Source: Bacillota bacterium (GTDB taxonomy: Bacteria; Bacillota; Clostridia; Christensenellales; SZUA-584). From it: a stretch of 64,000 nucleotides of DNA. A program made the position numbers and the translations under genes. Within the stretch, counting starts at the first letter, position 1. Every line of letters begins with the position of its first letter. Location: NCBI GenBank assembly GCA_023399095.1, contig JAEWQS010000077.1, positions 2,137 to 66,136 on the forward strand, in the 5' to 3' direction. A model generated the notes under the pieces. It ran no database searches. It had not been told where the DNA came from and was given only the letters and a program-made list of their open reading frames with translations. Below, piece after piece: positions 27,616 through 37,306 of the stretch.

Positions 27616-29574
27616 ATGGTCAAGAGATTTTTGGCACTGATGCTGGTGCTCTGCATGATAATCGGACTTGTCGGCTGCGGTATTCAAACGGTAAAAACCG
27701 ATGGAGAAGAACCAATTAAGCCGCAGCCAACATCAACGGTGGGCGAACAGCTAGGTGTGGAAGAGCAGGGAACTCAAGAACCGCAAACGACTGAAATTGA
27801 CGAGCAGTATCATTGGGACTTAACTCCGATATATGAAGGAGCCGACGCGTTTGAACAGGCGCTTGAAGAGGTGGAACAAGGGGGAATACCCTCGCTATTG
27901 GGATTTAAAGGAAAAATTAATACTGATAAAAACATCCTTGATTTCATGAAGCAGAAAGATATTATTGAACAGAGATTAAGGCGGCTAAATGTATATGTGT
28001 TGCTGCTTACTGAGCAGAATCAGGCGGACAATGGAGCGACCGCGATGATGCAGCGGTATGATAAAGTGAACGAACAATTTTCAAAGGCCACGGCATTTTT
28101 TGCCCCGGAGCTGCTTGCCAACTCAAGTGATTTTTTAGACAGTCTACTCAAAGACCCGGGCATGGAGCCGTATGCTGAACAGATTAAGCGTCTGCGCAAT
28201 AATGCAAGCCATGTGCTTCCCAATGAGACAGAAGTGCTGCTGCTTCCCATATCCAATGCGGCCAACGGAGCCAGCACACTGTTTTCAAAGCTGACATCGG
28301 CGGATATGGAATTTATCACGATAAAAGACCCGAACGGTCAGGATATCGTGATTGATGAACCAACCTATTACACGATGGTATCCAGCAATCCTGATCGTGA
28401 GTTTCGTAAGCAGTGTTCAGAATCACTTTTAAAAGCATACGGGCAATACCGTAATACGCTCGCTCAGAATATGGACAATTTTGTACAGGCGACTGTAAGT
28501 TTGGCGCACAGCCATAATTATGTCACGGCTAAGGAAGCGTCAATGGCAACTTACACGGTACCCTCAGAGGTTTATGATAACCTCATTACAACGGTCAACA
28601 GCAACCTGGATACGGCTCATCGTTATTATGCGCTCCGAAAAGACCTGTTAGGCGTAGACAAACTATATTCGTCGGATATGCATTATCCGCCGGTAGAGGA
28701 ATTTGAGGTTTCTTTTTCATATGAAGACGCGAAGGCGCTGATAGTTGAGGCGCTGGCGCCGCTGGGTAAAGACTATCAAAGCAATTTGCATAAAGCGTTC
28801 GACGAGCGTTGGATTGACGTTTATCCATCCGCAGGCAAGAGCGGCGGCGCGTTTTCAGCGGGTCTCAATGGTGTGCATCCCTATGTCTTAATGAATTACA
28901 CAGATGACTATAACAGCATGTCAACGCTTGCGCATGAGCTTGGGCATGCGATGCACCAATACGACTCGGCACTGAATCAGAAAAGCGATTTCAACAGTGA
29001 CCCCACATCATTCACCAGCGAGGTGGCATCCACTACGAACGAGCTTCTTTTGGCCGATTACATGATCAAACATGCCAAAAGCGACGAGGAAAAGCTGTAC
29101 TATCTGTTTTCAGAGCTATCCACATTGAACAACACATTTTTCACGCAAACTATGTTTTCTGAATTCGAAGATTCTATGTTCAAAGTTGTAGAAAATGGAG
29201 GGTCTCTTAACGCAGATGTGCTGGAGAACCTTTGGATAGAAGTTCTCAAGAAATATGATGGACCGGATGTGGAATTGACAGAAAGCGCCCGATATGGTTG
29301 GTCAAGAATTCCGCATTTTTATTACGATTACTATGTCTACCAATATGCCACGTCCATCGCGGCTGCCTGCAACGTCACTGAGCGCATTGAAAGCGGTGAT
29401 GAGGGGGCCACTGAGGCTTATCTGGAATTTTTGCAGTCGGGAGACAGCGGTGACGGGGTGTCGCTGATACAAGTGACGGGCGTGGATATCATGTCTCCTG
29501 CATTCGCTGATGCTTTGATTCAGCGTTACAACGGCTTGATTGACCAGATTGAGGAGTTGACAAACGCGGATTAG
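27616..29574 (+). CDS. M3B oligoendopeptidase F-family metallopeptidase with lipoprotein signal
   Basis: 652 aa. Lipobox GLVGC and zinc motif HELGHAMH. Confidence 0.85.
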   Translation: MVKRFLALMLVLCMIIGLVGCGIQTVKTDGEEPIKPQPTSTVGEQLGVEEQGTQEPQTTEIDEQYHWDLTPIYEGADAFEQALEEVEQGGIPSLLGFKGKINTDKNILDFMKQKDIIEQRLRRLNVYVLLLTEQNQADNGATAMMQRYDKVNEQFSKATAFFAPELLANSSDFLDSLLKDPGMEPYAEQIKRLRNNASHVLPNETEVLLLPISNAANGASTLFSKLTSADMEFITIKDPNGQDIVIDEPTYYTMVSSNPDREFRKQCSESLLKAYGQYRNTLAQNMDNFVQATVSLAHSHNYVTAKEASMATYTVPSEVYDNLITTVNSNLDTAHRYYALRKDLLGVDKLYSSDMHYPPVEEFEVSFSYEDAKALIVEALAPLGKDYQSNLHKAFDERWIDVYPSAGKSGGAFSAGLNGVHPYVLMNYTDDYNSMSTLAHELGHAMHQYDSALNQKSDFNSDPTSFTSEVASTTNELLLADYMIKHAKSDEEKLYYLFSELSTLNNTFFTQTMFSEFEDSMFKVVENGGSLNADVLENLWIEVLKKYDGPDVELTESARYGWSRIPHFYYDYYVYQYATSIAAACNVTERIESGDEGATEAYLEFLQSGDSGDGVSLIQVTGVDIMSPAFADALIQRYNGLIDQIEELTNAD

Positions 29575-29702
29575 TTAGTAAACCGGCAAGCGGGATTGGA
29601 GTAAATCATAGACCGTCTTGCCCACGAATTATATTTCTAGACTTTTTTGACACACTTGGGGCGGCGTCTAAAATGATGCTGCCCTCTCTTTACATAAAAG
29701 AG

Positions 29703-29741
29703 TTGACAAACGGGGAATGAGTTACTACAATGGTAGTTGTA
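29703..29741 (+). promoter_or_regulatory. promoter TTGACA-N17-TACAAT with overlapping TACAA-N6-TTGTA dyad (candidate BlaI/CopY-type operator)
   Basis: -35 at 29703-29708, -10 at 29726-29731. Inverted repeat TACAA(29726-29730)/TTGTA(29737-29741). Confidence 0.5.
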
Positions 29742-29801
29742 ATGTTGTTTTAGTAGTTTATGTTGAGGCATAAGGGAGATTAAATGGAGGGAGATGCTTT
29801 T

Positions 29802-30182
29802 ATGACAACACTGACGAAACCGGAATGGGCGGTTATGTCGGCACTTTGGGAGAAGTCGCCGCTGACGATGTCGGGGATCATCGCAGCGATGGGAGACAAG
29901 ATGGACTGGAAGTACAACACGTATGCGACATATGTGAAGCGCCTTTGCACAAAGGGATTCATCGCCTATAACGTTCTGGGACGAGATAATTTTTATTATC
30001 CGGCCGTCCAGAAGGATGAATGCATTGTGGCTGAGAGCAAGAGCCTGATAGAAAAAATGAGCGAACGCTCGGCCAAGGCCTTGCTTGTCTGTATGCTTAA
30101 AGATGTAAAACTGACCGAAAAAGACTGTGATGAGCTTTCGAAACTCATCGAACAACTAAGGGATCAAAAAGAGAATTCATAA
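29802..30182 (+). CDS. BlaI/MecI/CopY-family transcriptional repressor
   Basis: Winged-helix N-terminus LTKPEWAVMSALWEKSPLT...YNTYATYVKRLCTKGF. ATG 29802 follows a GGAGGGAG RBS. No C-terminal Cys metal motif. Confidence 0.8.
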   Translation: MTTLTKPEWAVMSALWEKSPLTMSGIIAAMGDKMDWKYNTYATYVKRLCTKGFIAYNVLGRDNFYYPAVQKDECIVAESKSLIEKMSERSAKALLVCMLKDVKLTEKDCDELSKLIEQLRDQKENS

Positions 30183-30346
30183 TATTCCGGCACTTGCCAT
30201 AGAAGCCATACCGTCTGTTTGCGCACCATATATATTTTATATGGATGCTGTATTTCATATACCAAAAAAATAGAAAGAATAACGATTCACTTGGATTAAA
30301 AGAATGCATTTTTGGATATGAATCACTAGACGGAGGGTGAACAAGA

Positions 30347-31870
30347 ATGTTGAAAAAAACATACAAACGACGCAGGACAATATGGCTGGCAGGCGTTTTG
30401 GTGGTGTTGGTGGCTTTGGCTGCTGTCAGTGCGGTCATGTTTTCTCGCACAACGCTGACAGCACAGCAATGGGAAGAGATATATGAAGAAGGGACATACC
30501 ATGCCGGAATCCGAATAGATGGCATCGACGTGGGCGGCATGACAATGGCGCAGGCCGAACAAGCTGTGAGGCAGAATATGCAGCAACGATTGGACGACGT
30601 GTACGTGACGATCGATAATGACGGACAGCAGTATGTGCTGACTAAAGAAGACTTTGAAACGGCAGACAACGTTGACGATGTGCTCAAAGAAGCGCTTCAG
30701 GTCGCGCGGGAGGGCAGCCGTGCGGAAATAAACCATAAGCTTGGCGAGATTCAGAAGAACGGCCTCGATTTTACGACTGATTATACGGTGAACACGCAGC
30801 CTGCCAAACAGCGGATATCTCAAATAGCAGCTCAGATCGACGTGCCCGCACTGGACGCGATGGTGCAGATAAACAAGGAAGACCGCGACAATCGTTTCAA
30901 CTATACAGACGAAAAGAGCGGCTATATGGTGGATCAGGTTGCGCTGTACAAAACGGTTGAAGAACAGGTGAGAACCCGAGAATACGGTACGGTTGAGGTG
31001 CCTATTGTCGAGGTTCCTGCGGCGGTGACCAAAACTGAATTGGAGCAGAACACCGTTAAGCGTGCAACTGCAAGTACGTCGTTCGGACACAGCCCATATA
31101 ACAGAGATTCACGCGTGAACAATATCAAAAAGGCCGTGGGCTTGATAAACGGCTATACACTCGCGCCCGGTGAGGGCTTTTCCACGAATACTGTGCTTGG
31201 CCCGCGTACCTACGAGCTGGGCTGGGAGCCCGCTCCTGCGGTGGTGCGCGGCGGAAGCGAGGATCAGGCCGGGGGCGGCGTGTGCCAGGTATCCACAACG
31301 ATGTATAACGCGGTGCTTAAGGCAGATCTGGAAATCGTGCATCGACAGGGGCATTCCATCAAGCTCGGTTACGTGGATGGCGGCCTCGATGCCACGATCA
31401 ATACCGGCTCGATCGATTTTATATATAAGAACAACACAGATCATGACATCTATATCTTCTGTTGGGTCAGCAGCGGGAAGCAGACGGTCAACTTTGAAAT
31501 CTACGGTGCGCCGTTTCCCGAAGAGTATGATGAAATTCGCTTAGGCTCGGAACACTTGGAAACCTTGCAGCCGGACGGTGAGATGCTGGTCACATTGGAC
31601 AATTCCAAAGCGCCAGGCTATGAGGAGGAAGTGATCAAGCGCCGCGAGGGCTATATTTTCGCGTCTTATAAGCTCTACTATAAGAATGGAGAAGAAGTCA
31701 AAGAACGGGAGCTGATCGATAAAACCAAGTATAAGGCATACGCAGGTGAAAAGATCGTCGGACCGCCTGTGCCAGAGGTGCCTGCCGAGATGCAGCCTCT
31801 GCCTGAGACGTTGCCCGGTGATGCGGAGGCTCAAAACACGCAGCCTCTGTCTGAAGTGCTTCCGGGGTAA
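30347..31870 (+). CDS. VanW/YoaR-family membrane-anchored protein
   Basis: 507 aa. N-terminal TM and VanW core GGGVCQVSTTMYNAVLKADLEIVHRQGHS. Pro-rich tail. Confidence 0.8.
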   Translation: MLKKTYKRRRTIWLAGVLVVLVALAAVSAVMFSRTTLTAQQWEEIYEEGTYHAGIRIDGIDVGGMTMAQAEQAVRQNMQQRLDDVYVTIDNDGQQYVLTKEDFETADNVDDVLKEALQVAREGSRAEINHKLGEIQKNGLDFTTDYTVNTQPAKQRISQIAAQIDVPALDAMVQINKEDRDNRFNYTDEKSGYMVDQVALYKTVEEQVRTREYGTVEVPIVEVPAAVTKTELEQNTVKRATASTSFGHSPYNRDSRVNNIKKAVGLINGYTLAPGEGFSTNTVLGPRTYELGWEPAPAVVRGGSEDQAGGGVCQVSTTMYNAVLKADLEIVHRQGHSIKLGYVDGGLDATINTGSIDFIYKNNTDHDIYIFCWVSSGKQTVNFEIYGAPFPEEYDEIRLGSEHLETLQPDGEMLVTLDNSKAPGYEEEVIKRREGYIFASYKLYYKNGEEVKERELIDKTKYKAYAGEKIVGPPVPEVPAEMQPLPETLPGDAEAQNTQPLSEVLPG

Positions 31871-31936
31871 TGCAGCACGAAACTCTCAGCAGCTCGGATA
31901 AATTGTAAGTTATGTGCTTAATTTGGTTAAAATGCA

Positions 31937-31965
31937 TTGAAAATGCCCGTCCTTTGGGATATAAT
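31937..31965 (+). promoter_or_regulatory. sigma-A-type promoter for pfk
   Basis: TTGAAA-N17-TATAAT. Confidence 0.5.
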
Positions 31966-32009
31966 TTTTGCTAAAGTTCTTATTTTAACGAAGAGGAGAC
32001 GTAATTAGA

Positions 32010-33251
32010 ATGGGAGTATTAAAAGGGGCATGTATCTTTGGACAATCCGGCGGGCCCACGTCGGTAATCAACGCAAGCGCGGCAGGCGTATTTCTTCAGG
32101 CACTTGAGGAAGACTGCATCACAAAGGTTTATGGTGCGGCTCACGGTATCAAAGGCGTTCTGGATGAAAAGCTGATCGATATGGGGCAGGAAGATAAAAA
32201 AGAGCTTGAGCTCATGAAGACCACGCCGTCGTCGGCGCTGGGGTCAGTACGCTATAAGCTCGCTGATGCTGATGTGGACGACACCGATTATAAAAGAATG
32301 CTGGAAGTTTTCAAGAAATATGACGTTCGGTATTTCTTCTATAACGGCGGCAACGACTCGATGGACACATGCAACAAGATCAGCAAATACATGCAAAAGT
32401 CCGGCTATGAAATGCGCGTGATGGGCGTGCCCAAGACGATCGATAACGACCTGTGGGCTACTGACCATTGCCCGGGCTATGGCAGCGCCGCTAAATATAT
32501 CGCGACCTCCACGATGGAAGTCTACCTCGATGCGCGCGTTTACGACACGGGCATGATCACGATTCTTGAGGTGATGGGAAGAAACGCGGGCTGGCTCACA
32601 GCCGCAACCGCGCTTGCGTCCTATAAGGGACTTGGCCCCGACCTTATTTATCTGCCGGAAAAGGATTTCGACATGGATCAGTTCATTGCGAGCGTCAAGG
32701 ACATCTATGCGAAGAACAAAAAGGTCATCGTCGCGGTATCCGAAGGCATCAAGGACAAAGACGGCCGTTACATCAGCGAATACGGCAGCGATCTTACAAA
32801 GACCAAGGATTCGTTCGGTCATGCGCAGCTTGGTGGCCTTGCGAATACGCTAGCCAATTACTGCAAGGAGGCCACTGGTGCGAAGGTGCGCGGCATCGAA
32901 TTCAGCCTGTTGCAGCGCTGCGCGGCTCACTCGGGTTCGCTTACAGATATCAACGAATCGTTCGCGGCTGGTCAGGCGGCTGTGAAAGCCGCTGCCGAAG
33001 GCATGACGGATCACATGGTGGCGTTCGAGCGTGAGCCGGGCAAGGAATACAAATGCAACATGAAGCTTATCAATCTCACAGAAGTGGCCAACAAGGAAAA
33101 GAAAATTCCCGATGAATGGATTCTGCCGGACGGCAAGGGCCTCACGCAGGACTTCGTCGACTATGCGCTGCCGCTGATTCAGGGCGAGACAACGCTGCCC
33201 AAGGAAGACAGCCTGCCGCGTTTTGCGAAGCTTAAGAAGGTTTTTGTATAA
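32010..33251 (+). CDS. pfp: phosphofructokinase, probably PPi-dependent (GGNDS type)
   Basis: 413 aa with GQSGGPTSVINA, YNGGNDSMDT (Asp at the position that is Gly in ATP-PFKs), PKTIDND. Confidence 0.9.
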   Translation: MGVLKGACIFGQSGGPTSVINASAAGVFLQALEEDCITKVYGAAHGIKGVLDEKLIDMGQEDKKELELMKTTPSSALGSVRYKLADADVDDTDYKRMLEVFKKYDVRYFFYNGGNDSMDTCNKISKYMQKSGYEMRVMGVPKTIDNDLWATDHCPGYGSAAKYIATSTMEVYLDARVYDTGMITILEVMGRNAGWLTAATALASYKGLGPDLIYLPEKDFDMDQFIASVKDIYAKNKKVIVAVSEGIKDKDGRYISEYGSDLTKTKDSFGHAQLGGLANTLANYCKEATGAKVRGIEFSLLQRCAAHSGSLTDINESFAAGQAAVKAAAEGMTDHMVAFEREPGKEYKCNMKLINLTEVANKEKKIPDEWILPDGKGLTQDFVDYALPLIQGETTLPKEDSLPRFAKLKKVFV

Positions 33252-33273
33252 CAATACATTTGCGCAACGTATC

Positions 33274-33298
33274 AAAAGGAGCCCATGGGGCTCCTTTT
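33274..33298. terminator. bidirectional terminator between pfk and the dtxR-like gene
   Basis: AAAAGGAGCCC-ATG-GGGCTCCTTTT. Confidence 0.8.
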
Positions 33299-33308
33299 AG
33301 CATTGCTT

Positions 33309-33785
33309 TTATTTGTCGAGGTTGGCACTGACAAAAGCGCTGAGACGCCTTGCGAATTCGGGATAGGACTCAAAGAATCGATTGAATATATCCATATGCT
33401 TTTGCGTATTGGCACTGATATTATGCTCGATCAGTTCGGTTTCTTTAAGCAAGTTCTCTTCAATGCCGAGCGTTCTTAAGAATTTCTCAATTAAGTTGTG
33501 ACGTTTCAATAAAAAAGCCCCCAGATCTTTTCCGGTCTCCGTCAATTCAATGATGCCGTATTTTTTGTATTTAATAAGGCCATATTCGCCCAGCTTTTGC
33601 ACCATTTTGGTGGCAGAAGATGCCCTGACGTTGAGGTTTTCCGCAAGTTCGTTAATACGAAGGTAACCCTGTTCTTCGCAGCTTCGAAAAACCATCTCAA
33701 GATAATCCTCCATAGCCGGTGTCAGCGTCATGTTATTTTGGCGAAGAAGCTGATACCCCCTCACAGTGTGAAACTCGTTATCCAT
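33309..33785 (-). CDS. DtxR/MntR-family metal-dependent repressor
   Basis: 158 aa. MEDYLEMVF...INELAENLNVRASSATKMVQKL winged-helix domain plus dimerisation domain. Confidence 0.85.
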   Translation of the reverse strand: MDNEFHTVRGYQLLRQNNMTLTPAMEDYLEMVFRSCEEQGYLRINELAENLNVRASSATKMVQKLGEYGLIKYKKYGIIELTETGKDLGAFLLKRHNLIEKFLRTLGIEENLLKETELIEHNISANTQKHMDIFNRFFESYPEFARRLSAFVSANLDK

Positions 33786-33885
33786 GTTTTCTTATCCCAT
33801 CATATTCATTCAATGATACTTCTTCATCGTTTCATTATATTCGTCACACTCCAAAAATATCTGAATATAGTGTAGAGAAAAAAAC

Positions 33886-33908
33886 TTTCTCGCGGCTAAA
33901 ACGAGAAA
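33886..33908. promoter_or_regulatory. inverted repeat TTTCTCG-N9-CGAGAAA upstream of feoA (candidate operator)
   Basis: Perfect 7-bp arms located 23 nt before the feoA ATG in the divergent regulator/feoAB intergenic region. Confidence 0.3.
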
Positions 33909-33930
33909 ACATTGAAAACAGGAGGACATT

Positions 33931-34170
33931 ATGTCTCAGGAATATATACCGCTCAATGAGCTGCCAATTGGACATAAGGCAAAGGTGAAAATGCTCACTT
34001 CGGATGGCACGTCACGCAGGCGCATGCTTGATCTTGGCCTTATCATTGATACCGTGGTGGAGGCGTTGCTCAAAAGCCCCGCGGGAGACCCTGTGGCGTA
34101 TCACATTCGCGGCGCGGTGATTGCGCTACGCAGTGAAGAAGCAGGCAAAATTCTGGTTCAGGCCAATTAA
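33931..34170 (+). CDS. feoA: ferrous iron transport protein A
   Basis: 79 aa SH3-like FeoA (LNELPIGHKAKV...LDLGL). Confidence 0.85.
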   Translation: MSQEYIPLNELPIGHKAKVKMLTSDGTSRRRMLDLGLIIDTVVEALLKSPAGDPVAYHIRGAVIALRSEEAGKILVQAN

Positions 34171-34193
34171 ACGATAGATTGGAGGTTCTGAAT

Positions 34194-36344
34194 ATGGGTT
34201 TAACCAATCAATCGACTGGCCGCGGCGCACTGGAGAGTGAGCTGCGTATTGAGCGCAGCTCGAAGGACGATAAGGTTATTGCGTTGGCGGGCAACCCCAA
34301 TGTGGGCAAGAGCACGGTGTTCAACAGCCTCACGGGTTTAAAACAGCACACGGGCAACTGGCCAGGTAAAACAGTGACAAACGCGCAGGGGAAATACAGA
34401 CACAAGGACAGCAATTTCATCATGGTGGATCTCCCGGGTACATACTCGTTAATGGCCAACTCGGCAGAAGAGGAAGTCGCCAGAGATTTTATCTGCTTTG
34501 GCGATCCTGATGCCACGGTGGTGGTCACCGATGCGACGTGCCTTGAGCGCAACCTCAATCTTGTGCTGCAAACGCTGGAGATCACCGACAAGGTGGTGGT
34601 ATGCGTGAATCTGCTGGATGAAGCGAAACGTAAGAAAATACGCATCGACTTAAAAGCGCTGTCAAAACAGCTGGGCGTTCCGGTTATCGGCACAAGCGCG
34701 CGCAGCGGCAAAGGTCTCAATGAACTGATGGATGCGGTGTATGAGATGGCGAAGTCGGGTGATAAGGTGCAGCCGCTACGAATTGCGTATGAAGAAACAA
34801 TTGAACGTGCCATAAGCATGATAGAACCTGCGCTGCAAAAGCAGATGAATGGACGACTTAGCAGCCGCTGGGCAGCGCTTAAACTGCTAGATGCCGATCG
34901 CACGCTTCTCGAAGCCATCAAAAAATATATCGGATTTGACCTTATGGACGATGAAACGGTCGTGGATAAGCTGGCACAAGCACATGCAATGCTGGCTCAG
35001 CAGGGGATCAATGCGGACGCTTTGCGCGACCGCGTCGTGTCCAGCATCGTGCGCCGGGCCGAATCGATATGCGCCAAGGCTGTTGAGTTCGAAAACGTGA
35101 CGTATAACCGGATGGATCGCCGCATCGACAAGGTGCTCACATCCAAGGTGTTCGGATTGCCCATCATGCTGGCGCTGCTCGGCGCCATCTTCTGGCTCAC
35201 AATCATCGGCGCTAATTTCCCATCTGCATTGCTTGCGGACGGCTTGTTCTGGGTCGAAGACCAGCTGACCGCGTTCTTCACGTGGCTGGGTACGCCGTCA
35301 TGGGTGCATGGCGTGCTGGTGCTGGGTATATACCGAACGCTTGCGTGGGTGGTGTCTGTGATGCTGCCGCCAATGGCGATTTTCTTCCCGCTGTTCACGC
35401 TGCTAGAGGACTTGGGATACCTGCCGCGCGTGGCGTTTAACCTTGATAAATATTTCAAAAGGGCGTGTGCCTGCGGTAAACAGGCGCTCACGATGTGCAT
35501 GGGGTTTGGGTGCAACGCGGCGGGCGTGGTGGGCTGCCGCATCATCGAATCCCCGCGCGAGAGGCTGATTGCTACCATCACCAACAACTTTGTGCCTTGC
35601 AACGGTCGATTCCCCACACTGATAGCGGTCATCACGATGTTTTTTGCCACCGTGGTGTCGGGGCCGTTTCAGTCAGTTGTTTCCGCGCTGGTGCTGGTCG
35701 CTGTGATACTGTTCGGCATCATCATGACGCTGTTTGTTTCAAGAATGCTGTCTAAAACGATGCTCAAAGGTGTGCCGTCGTCATTTACCTTAGAGCTGCC
35801 GCCGTACAGAAAGCCGCAAGTCGGCAAAATCATTGTGCGTTCGATAATCGACAGAACGCTGTTCGTGCTGGGGCGCGCGGTGGCGGTCGCGGCACCGGCG
35901 GGGCTCATCATATGGGGGCTTGCGAACATCTATGTGGCCGACGTGAGTTTGCTGGCGCATTGCGCCAATTTCTTTGATCCGTTTGCACACCTGATCGGTC
36001 TCGACGGGTTTATTCTCATGGCGTTTATACTCGGATTTCCGGCCAACGAAATTGTGGTGCCGATTATAATCATGAGTTATATGGCGACAGGCAGCATGAT
36101 CGAGCTGGATTCGTTGGAACAACTGCGCGAGCTGCTCGTCTCACACGGCTGGACGTGGCTCACAGCCATTTGCGTGATGCTGTTCTCGTTGATGCACTGG
36201 CCATGTGGTACCACCTGTTGGACGATCAAAAAGGAAACACAGAGCTGGAAATGGACGGCGGTGTCGTTCCTTGTGCCCACTGTTTGCGGCATCGTGGTCT
36301 GCTTTGTGGTGGCAAACGCGGTACGACTGCTGGGGCTGGTATAA
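34194..36344 (+). CDS. feoB: ferrous iron transporter FeoB
   Basis: G-domain GNPNVGKST, DLPGTYS. Polytopic C-terminal permease. ATG 34194 follows a GGAGG RBS. Confidence 0.95.
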   Translation: MGLTNQSTGRGALESELRIERSSKDDKVIALAGNPNVGKSTVFNSLTGLKQHTGNWPGKTVTNAQGKYRHKDSNFIMVDLPGTYSLMANSAEEEVARDFICFGDPDATVVVTDATCLERNLNLVLQTLEITDKVVVCVNLLDEAKRKKIRIDLKALSKQLGVPVIGTSARSGKGLNELMDAVYEMAKSGDKVQPLRIAYEETIERAISMIEPALQKQMNGRLSSRWAALKLLDADRTLLEAIKKYIGFDLMDDETVVDKLAQAHAMLAQQGINADALRDRVVSSIVRRAESICAKAVEFENVTYNRMDRRIDKVLTSKVFGLPIMLALLGAIFWLTIIGANFPSALLADGLFWVEDQLTAFFTWLGTPSWVHGVLVLGIYRTLAWVVSVMLPPMAIFFPLFTLLEDLGYLPRVAFNLDKYFKRACACGKQALTMCMGFGCNAAGVVGCRIIESPRERLIATITNNFVPCNGRFPTLIAVITMFFATVVSGPFQSVVSALVLVAVILFGIIMTLFVSRMLSKTMLKGVPSSFTLELPPYRKPQVGKIIVRSIIDRTLFVLGRAVAVAAPAGLIIWGLANIYVADVSLLAHCANFFDPFAHLIGLDGFILMAFILGFPANEIVVPIIIMSYMATGSMIELDSLEQLRELLVSHGWTWLTAICVMLFSLMHWPCGTTCWTIKKETQSWKWTAVSFLVPTVCGIVVCFVVANAVRLLGLV

Positions 36345-36386
36345 GGGCTTGTTTGCTACATGTTAATTTGCACAGTGGAAAAATGA

Positions 36387-36413
36387 AAAGCAGCAGGTAA
36401 TGAGCTTGCTGCT
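36387..36413. terminator. bidirectional terminator between feoB and the minus-strand membrane protein gene
   Basis: AGCAGCA / TGCTGCT stem with T-rich tails on both strands. Confidence 0.55.
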
Positions 36414-36443
36414 GAAAATTTCTTTTACTTGTCATTAAAAACG

Positions 36444-36962
36444 CTAGCTACCGTAATAAAGGTTCTTTGTCTTGTTGAACGAAACCAGAAACACGATGCC
36501 AGCGACGAGTCCGGCAATAATGCAAAGAACATTCAGAATGGGAATGAAGAGTAACAAATAGACGATGAGCGACAGGATGGCAAGCAGCGTCCAGTTTGAA
36601 TACAGTCCTTGAGCATTCAGAAAGCGGCCGCTCGAAGCCTCGATTTCCTTGACACCCATGACGATGTTATACGATATGTACAATGAGATGAGGGTGGACA
36701 CAAGCCCCAGAACAAACGAAACAATATCATTTGTGCCTATGCCGAACAGCGCAAGCGCGTATAGCAAGCCGGTATAAACCGCCATGCCCAAGGCAAAAGG
36801 CCGCGCTTTTATGAATCGCGCACTCATTTTTTCGAGTTCGGTGAGACCTTGAAAAACCAAAATATAACCGACAAAATCGGGGATAAGCCCAATCTGAGAG
36901 GCTCCAAGCGTGAGATTGAAATCTAGAAAAACAAACAGGAACCCGATGAAAATATTTCGCAT
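36444..36962 (-). CDS. hypothetical polytopic membrane protein
   Basis: 172 aa with about 5 TM helices. No family recognised. Confidence 0.5.
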   Translation of the reverse strand: MRNIFIGFLFVFLDFNLTLGASQIGLIPDFVGYILVFQGLTELEKMSARFIKARPFALGMAVYTGLLYALALFGIGTNDIVSFVLGLVSTLISLYISYNIVMGVKEIEASSGRFLNAQGLYSNWTLLAILSLIVYLLLFIPILNVLCIIAGLVAGIVFLVSFNKTKNLYYGS

Positions 36963-37178
36963 AATACCCCTTTCTGCTGCTCTTATTAATATAGCATAAT
37001 TTATTCATTGTCGTCATCAGAAAACAGATATCGCCTATAGAATGCATTCTTAAAATAATATACACAATAATGGTGCATTTCTTCTATTATTCGTATTTAT
37101 GAATTCTATGAAGTTCATATGCTCAAATATGACAAATGTGGAGGCCGGAAATGGCTCTTGGTTGACATGTTTGGGAAA

Positions 37179-37210
37179 AAACACGAACATTATTTAATAT
37201 GTACGGTAGA
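37179..37210. promoter_or_regulatory. candidate PurR PurBox pair upstream of purE
   Basis: AAACACGAACATT (11/13 to my recollection of the B. subtilis PurBox AWWWCCGAACWWT) plus a weaker inverted half TATGTACGGTAGA. A possible promoter TTGACA-N17-TAGACT lies at 37227-37255. Confidence 0.25.
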
Positions 37211-37306
37211 AAAGTATGCGATTCAATTGACATGGCGAGTCTGCCCATGTAGACTGAATTTATTGCTGAAAGTTGTCACATTATTATATCAACGAAGGAG
37301 TCCGCT

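Noticed and set aside
37066-37306. Purine, ZTP (pfl) or PRPP (ykkC-type) riboswitch upstream of purE
   Set aside because: I could not find the conserved core sequences of any of these classes on the sense strand. Only short local hairpins (ACATGG...CCATGT, AGTCT...AGACT) are present.
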